In this document: one piece after another, positions 9,809 through 19,766 of the stretch
Layout: every line of letters begins with the position of its first letter
Numbering within the stretch: position 1 is the first letter of the stretch
Assembly: GCA_045863295.1 (NCBI GenBank)
Contig: BTWA01000035.1
Location: 31,281 to 63,827, forward strand
Length of the DNA stretch: 32,547 nucleotides
Direction: 5' to 3'
Origin: Candidatus Hydrogenedentota bacterium
GTDB taxonomy: Bacteria > Hydrogenedentota > Hydrogenedentia > Hydrogenedentales > SLHB01
Position numbers and translations under genes: made by a program
Notes under the pieces: generated by a model
Told to the model about the DNA's origin: nothing
What the model saw: only the letters and a program-made list of their open reading frames with translations
Databases searched by the model: none

Positions 9809-11935
9809 ATGCCAACATTGAATCAGGCGCAACACCAAGCCGTGACTCATTCGACCGGCCCTGCTCTGGTACTGGCTGGAGCAGGATCGGGCAAGACGCG
9901 CGTCATTGTGGAACGGCTAGCCTGGCTGGTTGAAGAAATGGGAGTAGATCCCCGCCACTTGCTTGCGCTCACCTTTACGAACCGGGCCGCGCGTGAGATG
10001 CGGCAGCGGACAATGGATAGAATTCAAGCGCAACGCTTCTCGGCGTGGGTAGGCACGTTTCATTCTTTTGGATTGTCCCTTTTGCGCCGCCACATGGACG
10101 CGTTTGGCCACAAGACGTCGTTTACTGTTTTTGACGATGCCGATCAGCTCTCGATTATGAAGACGTTGGTGAAGCAGGGTGCAAACTCTGGTGTCAGCCC
10201 TCGCGAGGCGCTTTGGTGGGTGAGCCAGCGGAAGCAGATGTTGCAGGACCCGGAAGCCTCCAAAAGCGAAGATATGGCGGGCAAGGGGTTTGTCGAGCTT
10301 TACCGGGGCTATCAGTCAGAGTTGTTGCGGGCCAACGCCGTGGATTTCGATGACATCCTATTGCTCACCGCGCGGCTGCTAACCGATCACGGCGGCGTAC
10401 TGGATGCGTGCCATATGCGGTATCACCACGTTCTGGTAGACGAGTATCAGGATACGAACCACGCCCAATATGTCATTGCGCGGCAGTTGGCGGCAGGCCG
10501 CCACAATTTATTTGTGGTGGGTGATGAGGATCAATCGATCTACTCGTGGCGTGGGGCGACTATTCGCAATATTCTGGATTACAACCGAGACTATCCAGAT
10601 GCCAAGGTGTACCGACTTGAGGAGAATTATCGCAGTACGGCGCCCATCCTGGCCGCGGCCAATGCGGTCGTTGCCCACAACACGGAGCGGCTGGGTAAAA
10701 CGCTGTGGACGGCGCGCAAAGACGGTGAAAAGGTGCGCTTATTCGAAGCGGTGGAAGCAGAAGACGAGGCGCGCTTTCTTGCGGAAGATATTGCCAAGGG
10801 ACCGTACACGCCCCACCAGGTTGCCGTGCTTTACCGGACCAGCGGCCAGTCGCGGCTCGTGGAAGAGGCGTTGCGCATGAAGGGCCTGGCTTATTCCGTG
10901 GTTGGGGGTGTTCAGTTTTACGCGCGCAAGGAAATCAAGGATGTGCTGGCCTATCTCCGGTTGCTGGTGAACGCGAATGACGACGTGTCGTTCCGGCGCA
11001 TCGTGAATGTGCCTGCGCGCGGAATCGGAGCCGGCACGCTGGCTCAGTTGGAGGAGTACGCGGCTCAGCGCCGCACGTCTTTGATGGACGTGTTGCGGGA
11101 GGTTGAGCACGATCACACGATGAGCGGCCGTGCCCGGCAGTCGTTGATTGAGTTTGTCCATTTGATCGATGAAGTGGCGGTGACGGCGCGCAAGAGCCCG
11201 TTGGCCGTGGTTCTTGGCGAGCTACTGATGCGAACCGGATATCGCGATTATGTGCAGAAATCGGACGAGAAAGATTTCCGGACGCGGCTGGAAATCCTGG
11301 ACGAGTTTGCATCCGCATGCGCCGAGTATGACCAGCGGAACCCGGAGGGGACCTTGGCGGATTTTTTGCAGGAGATGGCGTTGGAATCGGACGTGGACGG
11401 CTGGGACGAGTCGCTTCCGTCGGTCACCCTGATGACATGCCACTCGGCGAAGGGCCTTGAGTTCGATTCTGTGTACTTGATAGGGTTGGAAGAGGGCCTT
11501 TTGCCTCATGCCAGTGCGTTGGATTCGGACAGCGAACTGGAAGAAGAGCGCCGCCTTTGCTATGTCGCCATGACGCGCGCGCGGAAGCGGCTGACATTGA
11601 CGCGGGCACAAAGCCGGTTGATTTTTGGCCAACGGGTTTCCAATGAACCGTCGCGCTTTGTGGACGAGATTCCACGGAACGGGATTGAGTTCTTAAGTCG
11701 CCGCGAGGCGCCGGCGCGAGTGCCGCGGCCCATGGAAACGCCAGCCCCATCGAGTTCCGGCGACCTGAAAACAGGGGCACACGTGTGGCACGCCACTTTT
11801 GGCAAGGGCGTGGTCATGTACACCAAGGGGACCGGGGACAAGCAACGCGCGCGCATTCGATTTCAAACGGGCCGTGTACGTGAATTCATGGTCAGTTCCA
11901 CACCGCTCAAGGTAGTGGACGGAGATAAACGGTGA
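9809..11935 (+). CDS. pcrA: UvrD/PcrA/Rep family ATP-dependent DNA helicase
   Basis: LAGAGSGKT, TFTNRAA, VDEYQDTN, VGDEDQSIYSWRGA, LEENYRS, HSAKGLEF and EERRLCYVAMTRA motifs; C-terminal Tudor-like H..FGKG. Confidence 0.93.
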   Translation: MPTLNQAQHQAVTHSTGPALVLAGAGSGKTRVIVERLAWLVEEMGVDPRHLLALTFTNRAAREMRQRTMDRIQAQRFSAWVGTFHSFGLSLLRRHMDAFGHKTSFTVFDDADQLSIMKTLVKQGANSGVSPREALWWVSQRKQMLQDPEASKSEDMAGKGFVELYRGYQSELLRANAVDFDDILLLTARLLTDHGGVLDACHMRYHHVLVDEYQDTNHAQYVIARQLAAGRHNLFVVGDEDQSIYSWRGATIRNILDYNRDYPDAKVYRLEENYRSTAPILAAANAVVAHNTERLGKTLWTARKDGEKVRLFEAVEAEDEARFLAEDIAKGPYTPHQVAVLYRTSGQSRLVEEALRMKGLAYSVVGGVQFYARKEIKDVLAYLRLLVNANDDVSFRRIVNVPARGIGAGTLAQLEEYAAQRRTSLMDVLREVEHDHTMSGRARQSLIEFVHLIDEVAVTARKSPLAVVLGELLMRTGYRDYVQKSDEKDFRTRLEILDEFASACAEYDQRNPEGTLADFLQEMALESDVDGWDESLPSVTLMTCHSAKGLEFDSVYLIGLEEGLLPHASALDSDSELEEERRLCYVAMTRARKRLTLTRAQSRLIFGQRVSNEPSRFVDEIPRNGIEFLSRREAPARVPRPMETPAPSSSGDLKTGAHVWHATFGKGVVMYTKGTGDKQRARIRFQTGRVREFMVSSTPLKVVDGDKR

Positions 11936-13002
11936 ATCTGGACTCCATACGCGATCGCATCGATGCCTTGGATCGATCGATCCTCGAATTGCTGAACGAG
12001 CGGGCCTCGCTTGCGTTGGAGATTGGCGAAATCAAGAAGAACGCCAATGCGGCGTACTATGTGCCCGAACGGGAAAAGAAGATATTCGATGCATTGCGCA
12101 AACTGAATCCAGGCCCGTTGCCGGACGATGCCGTTATGGCGATCTTTCGCGAAGTCATCAGCGCGGTGCGCGCGTTGGAAAAGCCTTTGGACATTGCGTA
12201 TCTGGGTCCGAAGGATACGTTCAGCCACCTCGCCGCACTTCGAATGTTTGGCAGCCACGCGAACTTTCATCCGGAGCCGACCATTGACGATGTATTCACG
12301 GAAGTGGAACGCAAGCGCGTCGATTACGGCATTGTGCCGGTGGAAACCTCCATGGGCGGCGGCGTGCCGGATACGCTGGACCGGTTCGTGCATTCCGATT
12401 TGAAGATTCTGAACGAGGTCATGCTGCACATCTCGCAGAACCTGCTGTCGAACAGCGCTTTTGACGACATTGCGAAGGTGTATTCGAAAGCGCAACCGTT
12501 CGTGCAGTGCCGCAATTGGCTCAAGGCCAACCTGCCGAATGCGGAACTGGTGGAAACGTCCAGCACGGCCGAAGCGGCCCGGGTTGCCGCCGGCGAGCCG
12601 GGATCGGCGGCGATCGCGAGCATTCTGGCGGCTGAAACGTACGGAATCTCGGTGCTCATCAAAGGTATTGAAGATGCGGCCCACAATTTTACCCGTTTCT
12701 TTGTGATTGGCCGGCAAATGGCCAAACCGACCGGCGAAGACAAGACTTCGATACTTGTGGCCATCAAAGACAAGCCGGGGGCTCTTTACGAGCTATTGAT
12801 TCCCCTGGCTAATGCCAAGGTAAACCTAACGCGCATCGAATCCCGGCCTTCGCAGCGCCGGGCGTGGGAATATGTGTTCTTTATTGACATGTTGGGTCAT
12901 GCGGACGACCCTGGCATTAAAATGGCACTGGAGGAAGTTGGGCACCAGTGCAAGGAACTGCGGATTCTGGGGTCGTACCCCCACGGGGAGTTGGCGGAGT
13001 AG
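11932..13002 (+). CDS. pheA: Bifunctional chorismate mutase / prephenate dehydratase
   Basis: AroQ domain (IRDRIDALD..LLNER), AYLGP, NFTRFFVIG and ACT domain NLTRIESRPS..YVFFID. GTGA overlap with the helicase stop. Confidence 0.96.
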   Translation: MNLDSIRDRIDALDRSILELLNERASLALEIGEIKKNANAAYYVPEREKKIFDALRKLNPGPLPDDAVMAIFREVISAVRALEKPLDIAYLGPKDTFSHLAALRMFGSHANFHPEPTIDDVFTEVERKRVDYGIVPVETSMGGGVPDTLDRFVHSDLKILNEVMLHISQNLLSNSAFDDIAKVYSKAQPFVQCRNWLKANLPNAELVETSSTAEAARVAAGEPGSAAIASILAAETYGISVLIKGIEDAAHNFTRFFVIGRQMAKPTGEDKTSILVAIKDKPGALYELLIPLANAKVNLTRIESRPSQRRAWEYVFFIDMLGHADDPGIKMALEEVGHQCKELRILGSYPHGELAE

Positions 13003-13114
13003 CATCGCGGCGCCGGGTTGCCTGTGGGCGTGTTCCTAACGCATTATGTTGAGGTAAGTCTTGGGCTGCGCAAATTCTTCGAGTAGGCTGGCGCAGGCAA
13101 CGGAGGTGGACATC

Positions 13115-14119
13115 GTGAAAAAGGGAATTATTGCCCTCTGCGTCCTCTTGGCCGGTGGAGGGGTGGTTTACGGCGTGAATCATTTCCGGGAAAACCGGCT
13201 CATGCCGAGTCAAGTAAAAGCCATGGCCACAGCAGAAAACCGCTTGGCGCAGGCTTCCGCCGCGATCCGCAATGCGGAGACGTTTGAGTCGGACCTTGTG
13301 CTCGCCAAGGCCGAGGAGCTGGAGAACAATAAGCCGTTCAAGACCGCGCTGCAGGTGGCGTTGCATAAGTCTGAGGAAGCGCGTGAGAAATCGCTGCAAA
13401 TGGCCGGTGCGGCGACTCCGCCAACCAACACAGCGGATAAGAATCCCGCTGTAGCCATGCCTGCCAAGTCCCCTCAGGCGTTTCGGGTTGCCTTCGAGAC
13501 GAACAAGGGCGAATTTATTGTGGATGTGGTCCGGGAATGGGCGCCAAACGGTGTCGATCGTTTCTTTGAACTCCTTCAAACACCAAAGTTTTACGACCAG
13601 ATGAAGTTCTTTCGCGTGGTGAAAGACCCGACCCCGTTTGTCGTTCAATTTGGCATACCCGCCGACCCGGGGATATCCGGCGATTGGGTGGATAACAATA
13701 TCCCTGATGACCCCCGCAAGAAGTCAAACCTGGAGGGGTATTTGACCTTTGCCGCCGCCAAATCAGCCAATTCCCGGTCAACCCAGATGTTTATCAATCT
13801 TGGCGAGAACACGTATCTCGACACGATGGGATTTGCTCCGTTTGGCAAGGTTGTGTCCGGTATGGACGTGATTATGTCATTTAACGGAAACTATAGCGAC
13901 ACGATCACGTCTTTGCAGGGCCAGATTGTGGCGCAGGGCAACGCATTTCTCGACGCGATGTTTCCGGGTTTAGACTACATCATTCGGGTTCGCTACCTTG
14001 GCGAAATCCCTGTTGAAGAAGCGGCAAAGGACCTTCCGAAGCCGTCTACCGACGCGGCCCCGGCCGGCACGGATGATCCGGCAGCGCCCACGGCACCGGC
14101 CGAAACGAAACAAAACTGA
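13115..14119 (+). CDS. Exported or membrane-anchored cyclophilin-type peptidyl-prolyl isomerase with N-terminal helical extension
   Basis: GTG 13115 after a GGAGGT RBS; hydrophobic N-terminus; FETNKGEF, WAPNGVDRF, FFRVV..FVVQFG, TQMFINL..N..LD and FAPFGKV. Confidence 0.88.
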   Translation: MKKGIIALCVLLAGGGVVYGVNHFRENRLMPSQVKAMATAENRLAQASAAIRNAETFESDLVLAKAEELENNKPFKTALQVALHKSEEAREKSLQMAGAATPPTNTADKNPAVAMPAKSPQAFRVAFETNKGEFIVDVVREWAPNGVDRFFELLQTPKFYDQMKFFRVVKDPTPFVVQFGIPADPGISGDWVDNNIPDDPRKKSNLEGYLTFAAAKSANSRSTQMFINLGENTYLDTMGFAPFGKVVSGMDVIMSFNGNYSDTITSLQGQIVAQGNAFLDAMFPGLDYIIRVRYLGEIPVEEAAKDLPKPSTDAAPAGTDDPAAPTAPAETKQN

Positions 14120-14146
14120 TTGTGGAACGTATTGGAGGAGGTATTC

Positions 14147-14683
14147 ATGGCCGAGGCACCGGACGTATTTCAGGTGGAATTCACGTGTTCGAATGGTTCA
14201 TTCACCGTGGAATGCCATCGCAGTTGGGCGCCTCGCGGCGTGGATCGGTTTCATGAGTTGATTTCAGCAGGCTTTTACAATGACGCGCGGTTTTTCCGCG
14301 TGGTGGCCAAGCCGAGGCCGTTTGTGGTTCAGTTTGGCATTCCCGCCGACCCTGAAGTCGCCTCGGCCTGGCGAACGCGCACGTTTCCAGACGATCCGGT
14401 CAAGCAAACCAACGCCGCAGGCACGGTAACGTTTGCCACAGCGGGTCCGAACACGCGCACGACGCAACTTTTCATCAACCTGGGCGACAATGCGTTTCTG
14501 GACGGCCAGGGATTTTCACCCATTGGGAAAGTGGTGGCAGGCATGGAGGTGGTGAAGTCGATTACGGACCAGTACGGGGAACGGCCCGATCAGGGCCGGA
14601 TCCAATCCCAAGGCAACAGCTATTTGAAAGCCAGCTTTCCGGATATGGATTACATTAAAGAGACCGCTATCGTCACCGGGTGA
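14147..14683 (+). CDS. Cytoplasmic cyclophilin-type peptidyl-prolyl isomerase
   Basis: ATG 14147 after GGAGGAGG; WAPRGVDRF, FFRVV..FVVQFGIPADP and FATAGPNTRTTQLFINLGDNAFLD. Confidence 0.92.
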   Translation: MAEAPDVFQVEFTCSNGSFTVECHRSWAPRGVDRFHELISAGFYNDARFFRVVAKPRPFVVQFGIPADPEVASAWRTRTFPDDPVKQTNAAGTVTFATAGPNTRTTQLFINLGDNAFLDGQGFSPIGKVVAGMEVVKSITDQYGERPDQGRIQSQGNSYLKASFPDMDYIKETAIVTG

Positions 14684-14782
14684 GCGGACTCATTGCGCTG
14701 GGCGTTGAACCCGCTTTCGCAGTGCAGTATGATGCATGGGTTGTGATGGACGATTCCCCACCCTTGCACCTGAGGCGCAGCA

Positions 14783-16123
14783 GTGGACATCAAGGCAGCC
14801 AATCTCATCGCCCAGCGGGCGGCCGAGTTTTTCAAGACAGGCCGATTTGACGAAGCCCTTGTGCTTTTGCTCAAGATCCACGCGGCATTCCCGGACGACA
14901 AGAAGATCTTGTACAACCTTGCCGTGTGCTTTGGCCGTGTGGGCAAGGTGACGGAAGGCCTGGATATTGTCAACCAATTGGCCGGTTTTTTTCCGAACGA
15001 CCGCCTGGCCAAGCTTCGCGATTCCATTCGAATGTCAGTGCCCCCTCCCACTTCGGCGGCATTTCTCTCGCAAGTAGACGTGGGCGACGACGATATTCCC
15101 CCACCGGGTCCGCCCACGTCGCCTACGTTGGGAACGGCGCCCTCCCTGGTCAAGCGAAAACAGGTCACGCGATTTTCCCGCCCATTTGTAGGTATTTTTG
15201 ATCCTGTGCACATGATCATGTTGGCGGGTAATGAGCCGAGTATGCTTTCCTGCGGATTCATACCCTTGCCCTCCGGCGGAACCTTGTCTGTTCGATCGAA
15301 AGACGATGAGCCCTTCATGTTGCCACCGGATGGCTGGAAATCATTTGTGAAACTGGTGGACCTGCTGATTCAATCGAGCCCGAAGGGTCTTTGGCTCAGC
15401 GGGAGCGACTTGCCTCAGGCGACAATGCGGACCCAACTGGAACGGTTCGGGCGGGTTTTTAACCCCGGTGAATTGGTGATAGCCGTTGCCGAGCTGAAGG
15501 CCAATTCGTCGATTATGCTCACTGACCGCCGGTTGTATTTCCTTGATATGGCCGGGCCCAAGGCTGTGCCGCTGGACCGGATTGAAGCAGCCGTTGGCAT
15601 CTCGGGGCCCAACCAGGGTTTCTTTGAAGTTCGGCTCAGGGACACCACTCGCGTACATATAAATCTGGGGGCCACAAAAAAACTGGCGCATCCGCTGAGC
15701 CTTTTTCTCAATGAATTGTCGTTCCTGTATGAATGGGAAGGCACTTCGCTGATTGTCATGCCGAGTGAAATCACGGATCTCGTGTTTCCTCCTTATTGCT
15801 GCAATTGCCTGACCGACGAATCCGGCCGAACGGGCAGCGTGACCGTGCGAGACCCCTCCGAACCGCTGCCGGATCATTCAGCGCCAAGTGCGGAGGAGCG
15901 GCGTTCAGCGCTGTCGATGCTCTTTGGCAAGAAGGAAACGGCCGAGAAGAAGCCGTTGATCGGTCCAGTGACGTTTCCTCGTTGCACCGATTGCCAGTGG
16001 GAGCAGCCGGTTCGCGTGACCGTCGCTGGCGATCAGTTACGGGTATTCGTGTTTCAGAATGCGCGTTATGCCGAGGCGTTTCGTGTGGAAAATGCGCGTT
16101 ACTTTACTGAAAAGGGGCTTTGA
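14783..16123 (+). CDS. Hypothetical protein: N-terminal TPR, Pro-rich linker, PH-like segment and C-terminal Cys pairs
   Basis: TPR pattern (GRFDEAL..YNLAVCF..GK..EG), PPPGPP linker, LTDRRLYF, and CCNC...CTDC. Confidence 0.65.
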   Translation: MDIKAANLIAQRAAEFFKTGRFDEALVLLLKIHAAFPDDKKILYNLAVCFGRVGKVTEGLDIVNQLAGFFPNDRLAKLRDSIRMSVPPPTSAAFLSQVDVGDDDIPPPGPPTSPTLGTAPSLVKRKQVTRFSRPFVGIFDPVHMIMLAGNEPSMLSCGFIPLPSGGTLSVRSKDDEPFMLPPDGWKSFVKLVDLLIQSSPKGLWLSGSDLPQATMRTQLERFGRVFNPGELVIAVAELKANSSIMLTDRRLYFLDMAGPKAVPLDRIEAAVGISGPNQGFFEVRLRDTTRVHINLGATKKLAHPLSLFLNELSFLYEWEGTSLIVMPSEITDLVFPPYCCNCLTDESGRTGSVTVRDPSEPLPDHSAPSAEERRSALSMLFGKKETAEKKPLIGPVTFPRCTDCQWEQPVRVTVAGDQLRVFVFQNARYAEAFRVENARYFTEKGL

Positions 16124-16319
16124 ATCCTGAATTGGCCCTTTTTCTACGGATACGCAGGGCGGTCTGGTTGAATTTGGATGTGTGTGTTTATCCGCGCAAG
16201 AAACCGAGAGGCACTGTTGCCCGAGGGTACTATCCGGGCTAAATCCATGTGGCAAAAGGGTTTTTCTTGACTAAGGCAGTAGGGAATTTCTACAATTCGG
16301 CCCAAAATCGGAGCTTCGA

Positions 16320-17687
16320 TTGAGTACCGTCACGTTTACTACTGTTGGCGGGGGGTCGGAAATTGGCGCCAATTGTTTTCTGTTGCGCGCCGAGGGCCAC
16401 GACCTCCTGCTGGACTGCGGCATGCATCCCAAGAAGGAAGGCAATGACGCGCTGCCCAAGTTGGAGATTCTACAGCGCGCGCCGGAAGGGGTTGTGGTAA
16501 CGCATGCCCATATAGACCACTGCGGGGCGGTGCCCTACCTGGTAAAACAGTTTCCTTCCGTGGAATGTTTCGCTACGAATCCGACCGTCAACATCATGGA
16601 CCGCATGTTGCACAACAGTGTGTCGGTAATGGGTATCCTGGGCGAGGAACGAGGCATTCGCGAATATCCCCTGTACAGTCACAATGACGTGGAAAAGACG
16701 ATGCGCCGCTGCCATGGCGTTCGATTCAACAAGGACTTCATGCCGGCTCATGACAGCCCTTTCCGGGTCCGGTTTCAGCCGGCTGGCCATGTGTTGGGCA
16801 GCGCGGGGGTCATTATCAAAACACGAGGGCATACGGTCTATTACACGGGCGACGTGTGCGCGAATGACCAGGAGTTGATGGCGGGCCTGAAGCCGCTTGA
16901 CGACGACATCAAGGTGGACACGTTGATAATCGAATCGACCCGCGGCACACATGAAGTCGGCGACGATATCACGTATGAAAATGAAATCGAGCGTTTTGGA
17001 CGCGAACTGCATGCGGTATTGAGCCGGGGCGGAAGCGTGCTGGTGCCATCGTTCGCGCTGGGCCGTACGCAGGAATTGCTGAACGTCATCTCGCGTCTGC
17101 AGGAAGATGGTCTTGTACCGGACGTGCCGGTCTATGCCTCAGGGCTGGGGCGAGCCATATATGAGATCTATGTGAAGTTCCGCGAATACTTGCGAAGTGA
17201 CGCGGAATTGCGCCCACTGAATAAATACGGACGGATTGGCGATATGTACGATCCGCGTATTCGCAAGGAGATTCTGCGCCAACCCGGAATCATCGTTGCC
17301 ACGTCGGGCATGATGCTGGAGAATACTCCTTCATCCGTGTTGGCCTCGGAAATGGTGCGGCACGACAAGCATGCGGTGTTCTTTGTGGGTTACCTCGATC
17401 CGGATACGTTGGGGTACAAATTGTTGCATGCCTCCGTGGGCGATTCGTTGGCATTCGAATTGGAGAGTCCGCCGGTTGAAGTGCGTATGGCAAACCGGCA
17501 GCGCTTTCATTTCAGTGCGCACGCGACGCGCGAGGAACTGGTGGAAATCATCCATCGGGTCAAGCCCAAAAACGCCATCTTCGTTCACGGTGAGACTGGA
17601 GCGTTGGAGTGGATGCGGGACAATTGCAACGGGGTTCCCAATAAGTTCATGCCCGAATTGGGCAAGACCATCAGCCTGGAATCCTGA
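16320..17687 (+). CDS. Metallo-beta-lactamase fold beta-CASP nuclease (CPSF73/TTHA0252-like)
   Basis: EIGANC, LLDCG, THAHIDH, AGHVLGS, YTGD, IEST, FALGRTQE, FSAHA and VHGE motifs. Confidence 0.9.
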   Translation: MSTVTFTTVGGGSEIGANCFLLRAEGHDLLLDCGMHPKKEGNDALPKLEILQRAPEGVVVTHAHIDHCGAVPYLVKQFPSVECFATNPTVNIMDRMLHNSVSVMGILGEERGIREYPLYSHNDVEKTMRRCHGVRFNKDFMPAHDSPFRVRFQPAGHVLGSAGVIIKTRGHTVYYTGDVCANDQELMAGLKPLDDDIKVDTLIIESTRGTHEVGDDITYENEIERFGRELHAVLSRGGSVLVPSFALGRTQELLNVISRLQEDGLVPDVPVYASGLGRAIYEIYVKFREYLRSDAELRPLNKYGRIGDMYDPRIRKEILRQPGIIVATSGMMLENTPSSVLASEMVRHDKHAVFFVGYLDPDTLGYKLLHASVGDSLAFELESPPVEVRMANRQRFHFSAHATREELVEIIHRVKPKNAIFVHGETGALEWMRDNCNGVPNKFMPELGKTISLES

Positions 17688-17690
17688 GGG

Positions 17691-18620
17691 ATGTCCCGGA
17701 AATCCGGGTGGTTGCAGACCCTTGCCGCGCGAATTGCCATGGCTTACGTGGGTCTGTGCGGACGCCTTCCCCTGGCTGTCGCGCGGAAAGTGGGTGTGGC
17801 CACGGGCCTATTGATTTTTCTGGTGTCGTCTCGCGCCCGCAAGACCGCTCTTTCCAATCTAGATTTGGCCTTCAAGAATACGTTGAGCCCGGCCGAAAAA
17901 CGTCGAATCGCGCGCGAATCCACTGTAAACATGGGGTTGGTGGCGGCGGAATTTGGTCATATTCCTCGACTTTCGAGCGATATACTGTCGCGTCTTGTTC
18001 GTGTGGAGGGTTTAGAACATCTGCAGACAGGTCAGGGCACGCTTCTGATTGGCGCCCATTTGGGCAATTGGGAGTGGATGGCGCCCGTTTTGTCGATGCT
18101 CGGGCTTCGGGTGGCGGAAGTTGTGCGGCCACTTGACCACGCAGGATTGAACCAGGTAGTCGATTCCATCCGCACCTCGCAAGGCACAGCAACGATCGGC
18201 AAGAACAATGCGGGCCGGGAGATCATGCGGCTGCTCAAAGAAGGCTGGATTGTGGGAGTTTTGATTGATCAAAGCCCGCGTGTCAGCGCGGTTCCCGTCA
18301 CGTTTTTTGGCGAACGGTGTTGGGCCACCGTGGCTCCGGCAATGATCGCCGCGCGAACGAAAGTCCCGATCGTGGTGGTCAGCATGACCCGGAATGGCGA
18401 TGGTACGTATTTGTTTCGGGTGTCGCCTCCGTTGACGTTGCCGCAGGAAGATGGATTCCGGGAATCGCTTGGAGTGCTTTCGCAAGCGTGTCAAGATGTG
18501 GTGGAAACTCGAATTCGCCAATACCCGGGTCAGTGGTTGTGGGCGCATCGCCGTTGGAAGGGCCGTCCGCGACTGGAGGAAGAATGGTCCGCCAAGGCCC
18601 ATCGCCCCGATGGCGGATAA
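17691..18620 (+). CDS. Lipid A biosynthesis lauroyl/myristoyl acyltransferase family (LpxL/HtrB)
   Basis: AHLGNWE, LIDQ, VTFFG and YPGQWLWAHRRWK motifs. Confidence 0.9.
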   Translation: MSRKSGWLQTLAARIAMAYVGLCGRLPLAVARKVGVATGLLIFLVSSRARKTALSNLDLAFKNTLSPAEKRRIARESTVNMGLVAAEFGHIPRLSSDILSRLVRVEGLEHLQTGQGTLLIGAHLGNWEWMAPVLSMLGLRVAEVVRPLDHAGLNQVVDSIRTSQGTATIGKNNAGREIMRLLKEGWIVGVLIDQSPRVSAVPVTFFGERCWATVAPAMIAARTKVPIVVVSMTRNGDGTYLFRVSPPLTLPQEDGFRESLGVLSQACQDVVETRIRQYPGQWLWAHRRWKGRPRLEEEWSAKAHRPDGG

Positions 18621-18699
18621 CGCTTGCAGCACCCGGAAGGGGACTGTAAGCTATCGCGGCACGGATGAACTGGCTTAACCACGGTGAGGAGCCGCTCAG

Positions 18700-19734
18700 A
18701 TGGACACCATACGCGTGGGATTTGTGGGGCTGGGGGGAATTTGCCGCCAGAGGCATGTACCCAATTTAAGGAAATTGGATGGTGTCGAGTTAACGGTTGT
18801 CTGCAATCGCACCCGCGCCTCGAGTGAGCGTGCCGCAAAAGAGTTTGGCATTCCGCTGATCTGCGAGACATGGGATCAAGTGGTCCGTCACCCGGACGTG
18901 GACGCTGTTTTTATCGGGACGTGGCCTTATTTGCACAAGCCCATCGCACTGGAGGCGCTCCGCGCGGGCAAGCATGTATTCTGCCAGGCGCGCATGGCGA
19001 TGGATCTCGCCGAAGCGCGGGAGATGTATGACTTCTCGAGGTCGGCCGGCCGCGTGGCCGCGATTTGCCCGGCGCCCATTGGGATGTCCATCGACGACAC
19101 GATTCGCCGGCGGTTACTCGCTCGGAGCTTGGGGGACGTGCGTCTTGTACGCGTGCAGAGCTTGTCGAATGTGTTCGCGACTCCGGTCGAACCGATTCAT
19201 TGGCGCAAAGATCACCGGTTGTCCGGGCTAAACATGCACACCCTGGGCATCTACGTGGAAGTCATTCATCGCTGGTTTGGGTGGACCCGAAGTGTATCCG
19301 CTCAAACGCATACATACACGCACCACCTGTCTGGCGCCAAGGGCGAACGGGTGGATGTGCAGATTCCTGACTTGGTGCTGATCAACGCGGAAATGCAGAG
19401 CGGAGTGCCTGTGCAGTATGTGTTCAGCACGGCGGTGCATCACGGCGGAGACCGGATCGAGATTTATGGGTCGGATATGACCTTGCAGTATGAGGTGGAA
19501 GACGATTTGCTTTACGGGGCCAAGCCCGGTGAATACCTGGGCAGCGCGACAATGACTACAACCGATTCCGAGCGCACGGACCCGTGGCGCGTGGAATTGG
19601 ACTTCATCAACGCAATCCGCAAAGGCACTGAGTACCATCCGGACTTTTATGAAGGCATGAAGTACATGCAAGTGGTGCAAGCGGTCCATGATTCCGCGCG
19701 CGACGGAAAGACGGTGGTGCTGGAAAACCTTTAG
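18700..19734 (+). CDS. Gfo/Idh/MocA family oxidoreductase
   Basis: RVGFVGLGGI, DAVFIGTWPYLH and AGKHVFCQARMA motifs. Confidence 0.88.
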   Translation: MDTIRVGFVGLGGICRQRHVPNLRKLDGVELTVVCNRTRASSERAAKEFGIPLICETWDQVVRHPDVDAVFIGTWPYLHKPIALEALRAGKHVFCQARMAMDLAEAREMYDFSRSAGRVAAICPAPIGMSIDDTIRRRLLARSLGDVRLVRVQSLSNVFATPVEPIHWRKDHRLSGLNMHTLGIYVEVIHRWFGWTRSVSAQTHTYTHHLSGAKGERVDVQIPDLVLINAEMQSGVPVQYVFSTAVHHGGDRIEIYGSDMTLQYEVEDDLLYGAKPGEYLGSATMTTTDSERTDPWRVELDFINAIRKGTEYHPDFYEGMKYMQVVQAVHDSARDGKTVVLENL

Positions 19735-19766
19735 GTATTGGCGTACATTCGCTATCCGACGAACTG

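Noticed and set aside
16110..16143. Possible terminator AAAAGGGGC...GGCCCTTTTT
   Set aside because: Bulged stem with a ~15-nt loop overlapping the stop codon; too weak to call.
16320..17687. Beta-CASP nuclease as an anti-phage defence gene
   Set aside because: It sits 3 nt from an LpxL-type housekeeping gene, and no defence or mobile genes are nearby.
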